A stretch of 34,371 nt of DNA from a virus. Its lineage: Duplodnaviria; Caudoviricetes. Position 1 is the stretch's first letter. Every line of letters begins with the position of its first letter. This document shows, piece after piece, positions 13,240-23,231 of the stretch. The stretch covers positions 1 to 34,371 of IMG/VR virus record IMGVR_UViG_3300022670_000465; one strand, 5' to 3'. The notes under the pieces are model-generated. The model did no database searches and had not been told where the DNA came from. It saw only the letters and a list, made by a program, of their open reading frames with translations. The position numbers and the translations under genes were made by a program.

Positions 13240-15789
13240 ATGGCGCGTGAAGAACAGGTTGGCTCTTTTGTCGAAGAGCTACCAGCGACAACCCCTAAAG
13301 TTCAACGGGCGGGCAATGGCGCGCTAGTCACCCAGCAGGGTGAAGACACCATTGTCGACCTGAATCCTGCAACCGACACCGAACCATTCGAAGCACCCGA
13401 GATGGATCCGGACTGGCATGCGAATCTCGCTGACCAGTTGACGCCCACTAATCGCCACGCTATCGCCGACCAGCTGCTCGAGTACGTGGAACTCGACAAG
13501 CAGGTCCGCGAGCACCATTTCCGCCGCATCAAAGATGGCCTTGAGCTTCTCGGTCTCAAAGACCTTCCGGAATCTGACACTCCGTTCGACGGCGCTGCTT
13601 CCGTTACGGACCCGCTAATTGGCGAGGCAGTCGTGCAGTTCCAGTCGCGAGCGATCGAGGAGCTTTTTCCTGCCGATGGCCCAGTGAAGTCCTCTATCCT
13701 GGGCGAGGTCACCCAGGAGAAGGAAGAGCAAGCCGAGCGCCTCGAGGACTACATGAATTACCAGCTGACGGTCGAGGACCAGGGTTACTTCTGGGACGTC
13801 GATCAGATGCTGTTCTACCTGCCGATGTCAGGCTCGGCGTTCAAGAAAGTTTACATCGATCCGGTCACCGAGATGACCACCAGCCGCTACGTGACGGCCG
13901 AAGATTTCATCGTGCCGTACTACTGCAAGGACCTGAAGTCAGCCACCAGGTACGCGCACGAGTACACGATGGAGGGCAACAACATCAAGCGCGCCCAGGT
14001 CGACGGGCAGTTCCTGGCAGATGCATTCCTGATTCCCAGCCCGCAGATCATGTCGGACAAGAATGTCAGCTTCACCGACGAGAATATGGAGGACGTCGCC
14101 GACGATCGCGTGCCGATCGTTCACGAGGACGACGAGGTCTACAAGCTCTACGAGTACCACATCGATTACGAGATGCCGTTCAAGGATCCGGAGATCGGTG
14201 AGAACGATACCGACATCGCATGCCCGTACATCGTCACCATCGAGGAGGAGAGCCGTGAGGTCCTATCAGTCCGGCGCAACTGGAAGAAAGGCGACGAGAA
14301 ATACCGCAAGCGACTCTGGTTCTCGCACTACAAGTTCCTGCCAGGCCTCGGCTTCTACGGATTCGGCTACCTTCATATCATCGGTGCACTGGCGAAAGCT
14401 GCTTCAGGATCTCTGCGAGCGATCCTCGATACTGCGGCCCTGTCTAATCTCCCAGGTGGATTCAAGAGCAAGAAAGCCAAGATAAGCGGCGAGCACCGCT
14501 TCACGCTGGGTGAGTTCCGCGACGTCGATATGTCTCCTGAGGACCTGCAGCAAGCATTCCTGCCGCTGCCAGTCAACGAGCCAAGCCCAGCCCTGGCCAC
14601 TACCTACGAGAACCTGATCCAGCGCGGCAAGGAATTCATGGGCACGATAGAAGTGCTCACTGGCGGCGCCGACAACCGCGGACCCGTCGGCACTACGCTG
14701 GCGCTGATCGAGCAAGCCGGCAAGCCACAGTCAGCCATCCACAAGCGCCTGCACAAGGCGATGCGCGAAGAGTTGACGATGATGGCGCAGCTGAACTACG
14801 AGCTAATGGATCGGGACGAGTACCCGTACGAGCTTGGCGGCGAGAGCAAGGTAGTACTGAAGCAGGACTTCGACGGTCGCGTCGACGTCATCCCGGTATC
14901 GGATCCAAACATTTTCTCGAGCGTGCAGCGCATCGCCCAGTCGCAAGGCGTGCTCGAGCTTGTCGAGTCGGCGCCGGAGATGTACGGCGAGAAGGGACGC
15001 AAAGAAGCTCACCGCCGCATGCTGGCAGCGCTCAAGGTGCCGGAGGTTGACAAGCTACTGCCGGAGGAAACAACGCCGAAGAACCTGGATCCGGTCAGCG
15101 AGAATCAGATGATGGCCACCGGCCTGCCGGTGCAGGTGCGGACAACGCAGGACGACGAGTCGCACATCGCGGTGCACCAGGAGTTCGCCGAGATGATGGC
15201 GATCGGCGATCCGGATCTGTGGAAGCAGGTCGAGCCGGTGTTCATGTCACACAAGATGGAGCACCTGGTCAGCCAGTACCGCAAGGATGTCGAGCAGATG
15301 CTGGGCATGGAACTGCCGCCGTTCGATCTGTACGACGAGGCCGAGACCGAGGACTTGCCACCCGAGATCGAGACCATGCTTAGCCAGGCCATCGCTGCCA
15401 AGCAGCGCCAGGCGAAGCAGGAGAAGGAAGCTGCCGAGGGCGGCCCACCGCTCTCACCGGAAGAGGCCGAGGTCAAAGCGATCGAGGATGCCAAGGATGC
15501 CGAGACTATCGGCAAGCTCGAGCGCATGAAGGCCGAGCACCAGGAGAAGCAACGCCAGGCTGCCGAAGAGCATGCGCAGCAGATGACGCAAAAGCAGGAG
15601 GCATTCACTGCAGAGGAGACACGCAAAGATACCGAAAACGAAGCCGACATCGAGCGCGAGAAGAAGCTCGGTGCGGCTAAACGAGCAGCCCTGGTGAGCG
15701 CGCCGGCAAGCAGGTCACGGACACCGGAACGCGAGACCAACAGGCCGCCACCGAAGAAGAAGGCCGATGGCGGCGCCGACGCCCGCTGA
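13240..15789 (+). CDS. Portal protein
   Basis: GGAGG RBS; HANLA...GLELLG...PFDGA.SV..P.I.EA..QFQ..A..EL.PA.GPVK, GSAFKKVY.D, YKFLPGLGFYG.G, PVGTTLALIE, DFDGRVDVIPVSDPN; position after terL. Confidence 0.92.
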   Translation: MAREEQVGSFVEELPATTPKVQRAGNGALVTQQGEDTIVDLNPATDTEPFEAPEMDPDWHANLADQLTPTNRHAIADQLLEYVELDKQVREHHFRRIKDGLELLGLKDLPESDTPFDGAASVTDPLIGEAVVQFQSRAIEELFPADGPVKSSILGEVTQEKEEQAERLEDYMNYQLTVEDQGYFWDVDQMLFYLPMSGSAFKKVYIDPVTEMTTSRYVTAEDFIVPYYCKDLKSATRYAHEYTMEGNNIKRAQVDGQFLADAFLIPSPQIMSDKNVSFTDENMEDVADDRVPIVHEDDEVYKLYEYHIDYEMPFKDPEIGENDTDIACPYIVTIEEESREVLSVRRNWKKGDEKYRKRLWFSHYKFLPGLGFYGFGYLHIIGALAKAASGSLRAILDTAALSNLPGGFKSKKAKISGEHRFTLGEFRDVDMSPEDLQQAFLPLPVNEPSPALATTYENLIQRGKEFMGTIEVLTGGADNRGPVGTTLALIEQAGKPQSAIHKRLHKAMREELTMMAQLNYELMDRDEYPYELGGESKVVLKQDFDGRVDVIPVSDPNIFSSVQRIAQSQGVLELVESAPEMYGEKGRKEAHRRMLAALKVPEVDKLLPEETTPKNLDPVSENQMMATGLPVQVRTTQDDESHIAVHQEFAEMMAIGDPDLWKQVEPVFMSHKMEHLVSQYRKDVEQMLGMELPPFDLYDEAETEDLPPEIETMLSQAIAAKQRQAKQEKEAAEGGPPLSPEEAEVKAIEDAKDAETIGKLERMKAEHQEKQRQAAEEHAQQMTQKQEAFTAEETRKDTENEADIEREKKLGAAKRAALVSAPASRSRTPERETNRPPPKKKADGGADAR

Positions 15790-15985
15790 GATTAGAGCGG
15801 CCAGGGCATTCCTGCAGCGCAGGGGAGTGCGACCGCCGCTACAACCACGGCCATTCGCCGCGGCTGCGAAGGAATTGAATATGGGCTTTCGGGAACTGCT
15901 CGCCTACATCAGGCGACTGTATGCCGGAGGCCAGGGACAGCAGCAAGCGATCCACGAGTTGCTGCAACGAGAAGTTTCACGGTAA
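15767..15985 (+). CDS. Hypothetical protein
   Basis: Overlaps the portal end; AAGG RBS. Confidence 0.6.
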   Translation: MAAPTPAEIRAARAFLQRRGVRPPLQPRPFAAAAKELNMGFRELLAYIRRLYAGGQGQQQAIHELLQREVSR

Positions 15986-16030
15986 GCGCTGAGCCGGCAA
16001 AGATCAGCGCGCAACAGGAGGTAGTTGGTT

Positions 16031-16258
16031 ATGGGTACGACATATTTGCAACATCCAAAACCAAGTCCGGACATGGATGCCGGTCGTTCTGCCACGAAAG
16101 TCGGCGAGTCGATGAAGGCTGGCGGGCAGGATGCTGCTGCCGGTGCAATGGGTAAGAACACCCGGACTGGCGATGGCATGGAGAACGAGTCAGGTGTTGG
16201 CAAAGGGAAGAAGAAGGGAATGAAATACGGTTCCCACAATCCCGGCCACAAGGGTTAA
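16031..16258 (+). CDS. Small Gly/Lys-rich protein (GAMGKN motif)
   Basis: AGGAGG RBS; shares a motif with the next ORF. Confidence 0.7.
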   Translation: MGTTYLQHPKPSPDMDAGRSATKVGESMKAGGQDAAAGAMGKNTRTGDGMENESGVGKGKKKGMKYGSHNPGHKG

Positions 16259-16264
16259 TCAGTC

Positions 16265-16489
16265 ATGGCACACGTCAAAGCCACGCACAAGGCTGATAAG
16301 AAACCCTCGAAAAGCACCGAGATCCAAGGAGGGGGTGAGTCAGGCGAGGAGAAGTCGAAGCTTCATCACGGCAAACCGAGCTTGGCTCGCAATACGATGG
16401 GACACGGCGCCAAGTCATCTAATGACACGGCGATCGGTGCCATGGGGAAAAACCAACAGACCGGGGACGGTGGCGCATCCGATTGGTAA
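16265..16489 (+). CDS. Small Gly/Lys-rich protein (GAMGKN motif)
   Basis: DTAIGAMGKNQQTGDG vs DAAAGAMGKNTRTGDG in the upstream ORF. Confidence 0.7.
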   Translation: MAHVKATHKADKKPSKSTEIQGGGESGEEKSKLHHGKPSLARNTMGHGAKSSNDTAIGAMGKNQQTGDGGASDW

Positions 16490-16522
16490 CCGCCATCGCT
16501 CTAGTCACGAGGGCTATATGCA

Positions 16523-16720
16523 TTGAACAAACGGCAAATTCTGAATCGCATCGATGAAAAAGTCTCAGATGCCCACGACGCAATGGACACCGGGCTACCC
16601 GACGAAAAGTACAACCGCAAGGTTGGCGAAGTCGGCGCGCTCAAGGATCTACGTGATTTTGTCGTGGAACTCTCGGATGACGATGCCGATGATGATGAAC
16701 TGGAGGAACTACGAGCATGA
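16523..16720 (+). CDS. Small conserved head-module protein
   Basis: Y.RKVGEVGAL motif; ATGA-coupled to the GroES-like gene. Confidence 0.65.
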   Translation: MNKRQILNRIDEKVSDAHDAMDTGLPDEKYNRKVGEVGALKDLRDFVVELSDDDADDDELEELRA

Positions 16721-17235
16721 CCGAAACCGCTGAACGAGTCGTTGACCTGGTCGTCGCATCAGACACGAAAGCTAAGGCAGCTAATGCCAAATACGATGAA
16801 ATCGAAGCATGGTGCGCAGATCAAAGACGATGGCAAGTTCGGCTGCGGAATTTTTTGCGGCCCTGGCATACACCGCGGGCGCCGCACGTTCCGTTCAGAC
16901 CTTTGTACTGGCGATGCCTTGTCATGATTCGCGAACCAGACGAGACCACCGAGTGGGGGTTTCAACTGATGCGCGAGAGCATAGACATCGAATCGTATCT
17001 AACGTACGTGGGGATGGTGGTTGCGGTCGGCAAGCTCGCTTACAAGGCGAAGACTCGCTCAGGGCTTAAGCTCAGCGACGAGGACAATCCGAAGCTAGGC
17101 GACAAGGTAGTGTTCTACAAGAACGCCGGCACTCGTTTTCGAACGATTGACGGCATGCAGTTCGTACAAATCACCGACACCGAAATGTGGGGCGAGACAG
17201 ATCAGCCGGAGAGACTCGATACGTTAGCGATCTAA
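16717..17235 (+). CDS. GroES-like co-chaperonin
   Basis: RPLYWRCLV...ETTEWGF.L...GMVVAVG...KLGDKVVF.KNAGT...ITDTEM follows the Cpn10 pattern. Confidence 0.8.
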   Translation: MTETAERVVDLVVASDTKAKAANAKYDEIEAWCADQRRWQVRLRNFLRPWHTPRAPHVPFRPLYWRCLVMIREPDETTEWGFQLMRESIDIESYLTYVGMVVAVGKLAYKAKTRSGLKLSDEDNPKLGDKVVFYKNAGTRFRTIDGMQFVQITDTEMWGETDQPERLDTLAI

Positions 17236-17295
17236 TCATCGTGACAACGTGCACGTGACTCTGTAAGTTTCATGCACAGGCCGCTGGAGGGCAGC

Positions 17296-18345
17296 ATGCC
17301 TAAGAAAGATTTCGACTATCAGTTCGAAGATATCCGCCGTGAAGACACGCCGGTATCTGCCGCTGGGTTTGGCGACATTGTCGAAGAGCTAGAGGACCCA
17401 AGCGAGGCTTTTGTTGAGGTCGACCTCGAAGAGGAAGATCCCGGTAAAGCTGTGAGCGCCGCTACGTCAGTCGCCGATGAGGATACATCCGCGAACGATA
17501 AAGACGGTGGCTCGAAAGACCAACGACGCGCAGCGCTGGACGCCAGGCGCAAAACAGATCAGTTAGAGCAGGACCTCGATGAGCGAAGCACCGAGGTTGC
17601 CGGCGAGCTAAGCACCCTGAGACAGGAGGTTGCGGAACTCAAGGCAGTCAAGGAAATCGATGCCATCGAGGAAGAGTTCTCCGGCGAGGAAGCCGAGCTT
17701 ACCGTGAAGATGGAAGCGGCGATGGAGGAAGGCGATACCAAAGCCCAGTCCGCGCTGAACTCGCAACTGATCAAGCTCAACAGCGACAAGCAGGCCAAGC
17801 AGGCTGCTGCCGAGGCCTCTGTGACTATCATCGAGGACCTGGACGCTGGTGGCGCTGCAGATCAGCCCGCTAACAAGCGCGCTGTGCAATTCATTCGGGA
17901 CAACCAGGAATGGTGGTCGGATCCCGATCATGAAGATGCTGTCGTGTACGTCAGGAAACTTGACAAGAAGCTCGTTGCAATGGGCTTCGATCCAGACAGC
18001 GATGCCTACTGGACTCGCTTCAACCACAACTTTGACAAGAAGTACGACGGCCTCCGCGAGATGGACCCGGACGATATCGATGTCGATCTCGATCTTGGTC
18101 AGGACACGGGCAAGGGCCGCCGCAAGTCACATGTTGCTCCACCCGGCGGTGCCGGCGGGACGCGGCGTGGGACCAAGCGCGGCGACAACGGTCAAGGTAG
18201 TGGTTCGAAAGTTGTGCTGACCGCTCGGCATAAGCAGAACATGGTGCAATTCGGGCTAGACCCGCAAAACGCCGAACACTGCGCGAATTATGCCAAAGAG
18301 GTAGCAGCTACGCAGAAACGAGATGCGGAAAGGAGGGTGTCATGA
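17296..18345 (+). CDS. Putative capsid scaffolding protein
   Basis: GGAGG RBS; acidic coiled-coil; N.EWW...L...GFDPDSD.YW; located between portal and capsid genes. Confidence 0.7.
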   Translation: MPKKDFDYQFEDIRREDTPVSAAGFGDIVEELEDPSEAFVEVDLEEEDPGKAVSAATSVADEDTSANDKDGGSKDQRRAALDARRKTDQLEQDLDERSTEVAGELSTLRQEVAELKAVKEIDAIEEEFSGEEAELTVKMEAAMEEGDTKAQSALNSQLIKLNSDKQAKQAAAEASVTIIEDLDAGGAADQPANKRAVQFIRDNQEWWSDPDHEDAVVYVRKLDKKLVAMGFDPDSDAYWTRFNHNFDKKYDGLREMDPDDIDVDLDLGQDTGKGRRKSHVAPPGGAGGTRRGTKRGDNGQGSGSKVVLTARHKQNMVQFGLDPQNAEHCANYAKEVAATQKRDAERRVS

Positions 18346-19094
18346 ATCCTGGTCAAGGCGATAGCGTGTTTGATGTTGATGTCGATAGCTCTGAGGAGGA
18401 GTTCGATCCGCAGGCAGCCGAGGCATCAGCAGAGAAGAAAGCAAGAACTCCTGCCCAAGAGGCAGCGGTTGAGAAAATGCAGAAAGGCCGACGTGACGCT
18501 CTCGAGCGCCGCAAAGCCGAGAAGACTGGCCAGAGAAACACTGGCGATCAGATGGTGCACGCTGCCGGATCCGGCCACGAGGCACCGCATGATGAAAACA
18601 CCGATTCAGCGGCGGCAGCTGACTACACGGCCGATCTCGATAACGAGGTCACCGAGTGGTGCAGGCCGTCAGATCTCGAAGCTCCCCCGGCAAGGGGCGG
18701 CTACGTGCAGCGTTGGATTCGGATACGTCTTGGAAACGTCCGAGACACCGCTCGCCTAAGGAAGGCAATGCGTGAGGGATGGCGACCAGTCAAGGCTTCG
18801 GCCATTGGCGGTCTTTCACTGCCGATCATCCAACACGACAGCCTGGGCGACGGCGATTACATCGGCGCAGAGGACTTGATCCTGATGGAAATGCCCGAAC
18901 GTGTCGCTCAGCAACGCCATCGCTTTTACAAGCGTAAGCAAGCTCGGCAAACCGGCGCGGTCGAACGGCAAGTCAAGGGAGTGCACAGCGATGACCATAT
19001 TGGTTTCGGAGACATCCGATCGCGGTCGCATTCCAGGGTGAGAGTCGCCCAAGGTACAGCCAGGAACGTAGAGGCAGCCGACGACGACTTTTAA
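18342..19094 (+). CDS. Conserved head-module protein
   Basis: W.RPS.LEAPP...GY..RWIR...REGW.PV...L.LMEMP pattern. Confidence 0.7.
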   Translation: MNPGQGDSVFDVDVDSSEEEFDPQAAEASAEKKARTPAQEAAVEKMQKGRRDALERRKAEKTGQRNTGDQMVHAAGSGHEAPHDENTDSAAAADYTADLDNEVTEWCRPSDLEAPPARGGYVQRWIRIRLGNVRDTARLRKAMREGWRPVKASAIGGLSLPIIQHDSLGDGDYIGAEDLILMEMPERVAQQRHRFYKRKQARQTGAVERQVKGVHSDDHIGFGDIRSRSHSRVRVAQGTARNVEAADDDF

Positions 19095-19132
19095 TTAACT
19101 AACCATCACGTGATAGCGGAGGGCTTATCCGA

Positions 19133-19729
19133 ATGAACGTGGACAGACCAAACGGTCTCATTCCAAGAAGGCATGGAACGGGCGGTACACCTGGCAGGTT
19201 GACCGCTTACGCCATCGACGATCAGCATCCGAACGACATCTTTTCCGGTGACCCGGTAAAGACGTTGGGTTCGGCGAGTTTGCTGAATGGTCGAGCTTTT
19301 ATTGATGTAGTCGGAGCAAGCGATGTCGCCATAGGCGTATTCGCAGGGGTACGTTACGTCGACAGCAATGGCGAACAGCAGTTCCGGCCTCGATGGATTG
19401 GAGGCACAGTAGTACAAGAGGACCCCCGCAGCCCGGTTGAGGCTCTGGTATACGACGATCCCGATATGAGATTCGTGATCCAGGTATCAGGCGCCGCCGG
19501 ACTGGCAGCAGTCGATGTAGGCCAGATGATGGACTACTTGGTCGGTGCGGGGAATTCATTCACAGGTCGTAGTGCCTTCGAAGCTGACCAATCGACGCTT
19601 GGCGGAGTGGGCACACTGAAGGTCCTGGCGCTTGCCGGACCAACGGTCAACAACGACTTTGGCGAGTTTGCTGACGCCCTGGTTCTCATAAATCAACATG
19701 AGAACAGGTCCTCGGTAACTGTGATCTAA
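19133..19729 (+). CDS. Putative minor capsid/decoration protein
   Basis: N.D.P.GL.P...IF.GDPV...GVF.GV.Y.D...VYDDPD..F.IQ; immediately upstream of the MCP. Confidence 0.7.
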   Translation: MNVDRPNGLIPRRHGTGGTPGRLTAYAIDDQHPNDIFSGDPVKTLGSASLLNGRAFIDVVGASDVAIGVFAGVRYVDSNGEQQFRPRWIGGTVVQEDPRSPVEALVYDDPDMRFVIQVSGAAGLAAVDVGQMMDYLVGAGNSFTGRSAFEADQSTLGGVGTLKVLALAGPTVNNDFGEFADALVLINQHENRSSVTVI

Positions 19730-19744
19730 GGGAGCAAAAATCAT

Positions 19745-20659
19745 ATGGCTATGAATCGCGCTGACTTTAGAAAGCAGCTACAGGAAGGGCTGAACACGGT
19801 GTTCGGCATGGAGTACGCACGCTACCCAGAAGAGTGGAAATATCTTTTCGCAATCGAACGGTCGGTCAAGGCCTTCGAGGAAGATGTCCTGCTCGCTGGC
19901 TTCGACGCAGCACCGGTCAAGCCTGAAGGGGAGGGTGTCGCGTACGACGAGGGGGCAGAGAGTTACGTTGCCCGATATACGCATGAGACGATCGCATTGG
20001 CTTTCTCAATAACCGAGGAAGCTGAAGAGGACGGCTTATACGGCTCTATCGGTAGCAAGTACGCTCGAGCGCTCGCTCGCTCACTACAACAGACCAAAGA
20101 AGTTAAGGGCGCTGACGTCCTGAATAACGGCTTCGACGCTACCTTCCCAGGTGGCGACGGCGTGCCGCTGTTCAGTGCATCACATCCGCAGTTCGGCGGT
20201 GGCGTCCAGGCTAACACCCTGGCAGTCGCAGCTGATCTGTCCGAGGCTTCATTGGAGCAGGCAGCCATTGACATCTCTGAGTTTGACGATGACCGGGGAA
20301 TCCCGATCGCCTGTCAGATCAAGAAGATGGCAGTGCCGACGCAACTGCAGTTCGTGGCAACACGCATCCTGCAGTCGCCGTATCGCACGGGAACGGGCGA
20401 TAACGACATCAATGCAATCAACACGTTGGGAACTGTTGCTGATGGATTCTGTGTAAATCACCGATTTACCGATCCAGATGCTTGGTTTCTTTTAACGGAT
20501 TGCCCTGATGGGCTGAAGCATTTTGTGCGCAAGAACGTGCAGCGAGGAATCGAGGGCGACTTCGAGACCGGCAACCTGCGCTACAAGGCACGAGAGCGCT
20601 ACAGCTACGGCTTTTCTGACTGGCGTGGAGCTTACGGTTCACCAGGAGGTGGCACCTAA
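19745..20659 (+). CDS. Major capsid protein (HK97-like fold inferred)
   Basis: MAMNRADFRKQLQEGLNTVFGMEY, RYTHETIALAFSITEEA.ED, ALARS..QTK, GDFETGN.RYKARERYS.G..D.R; size and position. Confidence 0.93.
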   Translation: MAMNRADFRKQLQEGLNTVFGMEYARYPEEWKYLFAIERSVKAFEEDVLLAGFDAAPVKPEGEGVAYDEGAESYVARYTHETIALAFSITEEAEEDGLYGSIGSKYARALARSLQQTKEVKGADVLNNGFDATFPGGDGVPLFSASHPQFGGGVQANTLAVAADLSEASLEQAAIDISEFDDDRGIPIACQIKKMAVPTQLQFVATRILQSPYRTGTGDNDINAINTLGTVADGFCVNHRFTDPDAWFLLTDCPDGLKHFVRKNVQRGIEGDFETGNLRYKARERYSYGFSDWRGAYGSPGGGT

Positions 20660-20685
20660 GCAAGTAACCACGAGTAGGAAACAGT

Positions 20686-20716
20686 TCCCGGGGGGAATGG
20701 TCTCCCCGGGACCTTT
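20686..20716 (+). terminator. Strong hairpin after the MCP (terminator/attenuator)
   Basis: TCCCGGGGGGA-ATGG-TCTCCCCGGGA 11-bp stem, short CCTTT tail. Confidence 0.6.
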
Positions 20717-20766
20717 ACGACAACTGACGCGGCTTAAAAGCGCCGCTGCCCCTAAGGAGGGCTGTC

Positions 20767-21525
20767 ATGAGTAAACATACACTTTCCCATGCGTCACAAA
20801 TACTGGCCGGCGACGGCGTTGCCTTTAATCTCGGTGATGTCATTTTCGGGATGGGCGACGAGCTTGCGAACAGCTTGCGAGGAATACGCATTGCCATCCT
20901 GGTCACCGAATTTTTCGATCCTGGCAGCGTCGGCAATGCAATAGTTGCGGCCTCCCAGACACCAGCGGCTGGAACAGCAGACCAGGATCTGCTGATCAAC
21001 GGTACTGGTGTTGTCGATGGTGTTGGTATTTTGAGTTTTTGCGGTCGTGTGTCGATCACTGCGGCTGCCAACGAATCGGCAAGAACTTTCACGATTCTCG
21101 GTCGTGATGCCAACGGCAGACCACAGGCCGAAGAAATCGCTGGGCCGAACACGACCACGAGCGAGGGTGTTAAGCATTTCACCAAGATTGATCGCGTCAT
21201 CGTCGATGCCGATACAGCCGGTGTCGTGTCTGTCGGTCAACTGTCAAGCGGACCTCGTGGTCTGAGAAGGAAAGCGTTGGTCTTCCCAGACGGCGACCGC
21301 GCCCGAACCCACTTTGGTGTCGAGGGTAGTAGCCTCCAGCCTTCTGGCAGTTACAGTCCCGGCAGTTCAACTGTACAGACAGCGACGAACGATGATCAGC
21401 GAGCGGAGTATCAGCCTGTCTCCCTCACTCAAACGACCGAGGTAACGTATCTCGCGGATCTCAGCAAAGAGGGACTCGGCGAGAACTTCACTGACTCGAG
21501 ACAGCGCGTACCGTCAGCCATCTAA
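20767..21525 (+). CDS. Virion structural protein
   Basis: AAGGAGG RBS; beta-rich; shares a domain with the next gene. Confidence 0.7.
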   Translation: MSKHTLSHASQILAGDGVAFNLGDVIFGMGDELANSLRGIRIAILVTEFFDPGSVGNAIVAASQTPAAGTADQDLLINGTGVVDGVGILSFCGRVSITAAANESARTFTILGRDANGRPQAEEIAGPNTTTSEGVKHFTKIDRVIVDADTAGVVSVGQLSSGPRGLRRKALVFPDGDRARTHFGVEGSSLQPSGSYSPGSSTVQTATNDDQRAEYQPVSLTQTTEVTYLADLSKEGLGENFTDSRQRVPSAI

Positions 21526-21550
21526 TCACAGCGAATAGGAGGGCCGAATC

Positions 21551-22273
21551 ATGAGGCCAAGAGTATTACAAATCTCACCCTACGCGCTTGCTGCAGTTGA
21601 GGCCGTTGCTCAAGGACAGGCGGTCTCAGCCGGAGGTGTTCAGGAGCTAGTCATCGATGGCAGCTTTGTCGTGGATGGCGTGGCGATCATGGATGAGCCG
21701 CGTCAGGTGCAGTTCGCGTTAAGCTCCGACGAGACAGCGCGGGTCTTCGTTATCACGGGCACCGACTTGAAAGGCAATCTGCTTATCGAGGCACTGCGGG
21801 GCGTGGACAACACCACCGTGGATACAGTGAATCGCTTCGCAACAGTGACCTCGATCAAGGTCGATGACGATCTCGTGGGGGTTGTTGAGGTTGGCACAGG
21901 CAATATCGTGTCGACTGGCTGGCTGCCGCTTGATTACATGGTGGCTGATTTCGATGTGGCTCTCGGTCTGACGATCAATCCGAACCATACCGCAAGCATG
22001 ACGGTCGAGCTTACGCTGTCCAACCTCCTTGATCGCCGCGGCAATGCTCCAACGGCAGGTACCAGTCAGCATGTCAGGAGCGAGTTCGAACTGTTCTTCC
22101 CTGAGATCAACATTTTCGATCACGACAGCATGGTGGCCTTGGTCGCAAGTGCGACAGGCAACCTGGCGTTTCCGGTGAGGGCGATTCGACTGAAATCGAA
22201 TGGGCAATTGACCGGGGATGCTGGCGATCCTGTAGATCTCGAGGTCGTACAAGCCTCTCCAAGGACGTCCTAG
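21551..22273 (+). CDS. Virion structural protein (paralogous domain with 20767 protein)
   Basis: AGGAGG RBS; ARVFVITGTD..G...EAL.G....T...F..V..I. Confidence 0.7.
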   Translation: MRPRVLQISPYALAAVEAVAQGQAVSAGGVQELVIDGSFVVDGVAIMDEPRQVQFALSSDETARVFVITGTDLKGNLLIEALRGVDNTTVDTVNRFATVTSIKVDDDLVGVVEVGTGNIVSTGWLPLDYMVADFDVALGLTINPNHTASMTVELTLSNLLDRRGNAPTAGTSQHVRSEFELFFPEINIFDHDSMVALVASATGNLAFPVRAIRLKSNGQLTGDAGDPVDLEVVQASPRTS

Positions 22274-22275
22274 TC

Positions 22276-23217
22276 ATGGGTCTCGGTGGCGGAGGCCTCG
22301 AAGGACTCACATCTGGCGACATTGGTGGTGGACCTACTGCAGGCGCACCAGTCGCCGGCCTTGGCACGTGGAGGTTTCGCACGGAGACCAACTCGCCTCC
22401 AGCGACTGGGCAACTCAGGTTCAGTGCTGACCCGCCGGAGGCGGCGGGTCAAATTTTCCTGCATGAGACCAATGACGATGGCGCCGACATGGCGAACTTT
22501 CTCGACCAGTTGGGTGTCGGCTCGTTTCTCTACATCCAGGACCGGTCGAACTCTGACAACTTCATCGTTGTCCAGATCACTTCGAACACCGACAGCGGGG
22601 TCTTTCGCACCTTTGGCATTGACCAGATTGAAGTGCAGGGCGCTAAGCCTAACCAGAATACCGAGGTTGCAATCGTGGCGGTTGGCGATCCATCGCCAGC
22701 AGCAGCGACGGCATTCACAGACTTCCATTATGACCCTGATAACTTGATTCCCGGCGCTGCTGGCTGGTTAGAAACCACTCCGCCAGGTGGCCCAGTCGCG
22801 GACACAAACAACGCCGCGTTAAGGGTACTGCTGTTTGATGGATCTAACCTCCCCACGACAAGAGAGGGTGTTGGCTGGCAGCATGTCATTCCTGACGGCG
22901 CGACGAGCTTCACGATAACTTTCATAGGTCGCGCTGAAACCGCGCCAGCAGGTGCTCGTCAGATAGGAACACGGCTTGCAGTTCGGCAAGTTCCAGATAA
23001 CGGATCGGTCGCTGCCAACTTTTCACAGATCAATTCTGGCGATTTCGATATTCCGGCTAACGAGTTTTTCCAATACGATCAGTTGGGGTTCACTTTGGCG
23101 TTCTTTGGTCTCACAGCAGGTCGGCTAACCCAGTGGCAATTTATGAGAGATTCAGCGGCTGGCGCGAATCTGACTGGTGACTATGCCCTGGCAGAGATCA
23201 GGCACCAGTATTCGTAG
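22276..23217 (+). CDS. Putative fibre/spike-associated structural protein
   Basis: Gly/Thr/Asn-rich beta-type sequence in the structural module. Confidence 0.55.
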   Translation: MGLGGGGLEGLTSGDIGGGPTAGAPVAGLGTWRFRTETNSPPATGQLRFSADPPEAAGQIFLHETNDDGADMANFLDQLGVGSFLYIQDRSNSDNFIVVQITSNTDSGVFRTFGIDQIEVQGAKPNQNTEVAIVAVGDPSPAAATAFTDFHYDPDNLIPGAAGWLETTPPGGPVADTNNAALRVLLFDGSNLPTTREGVGWQHVIPDGATSFTITFIGRAETAPAGARQIGTRLAVRQVPDNGSVAANFSQINSGDFDIPANEFFQYDQLGFTLAFFGLTAGRLTQWQFMRDSAAGANLTGDYALAEIRHQYS

Positions 23218-23231
23218 ACTGGGGATAGCAG

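Noticed and set aside
7567-20659. Intein or intron in terL, portal or MCP
   Set aside because: Frames are continuous and of ordinary length, with no intein terminal or LAGLIDADG/HNH motifs seen
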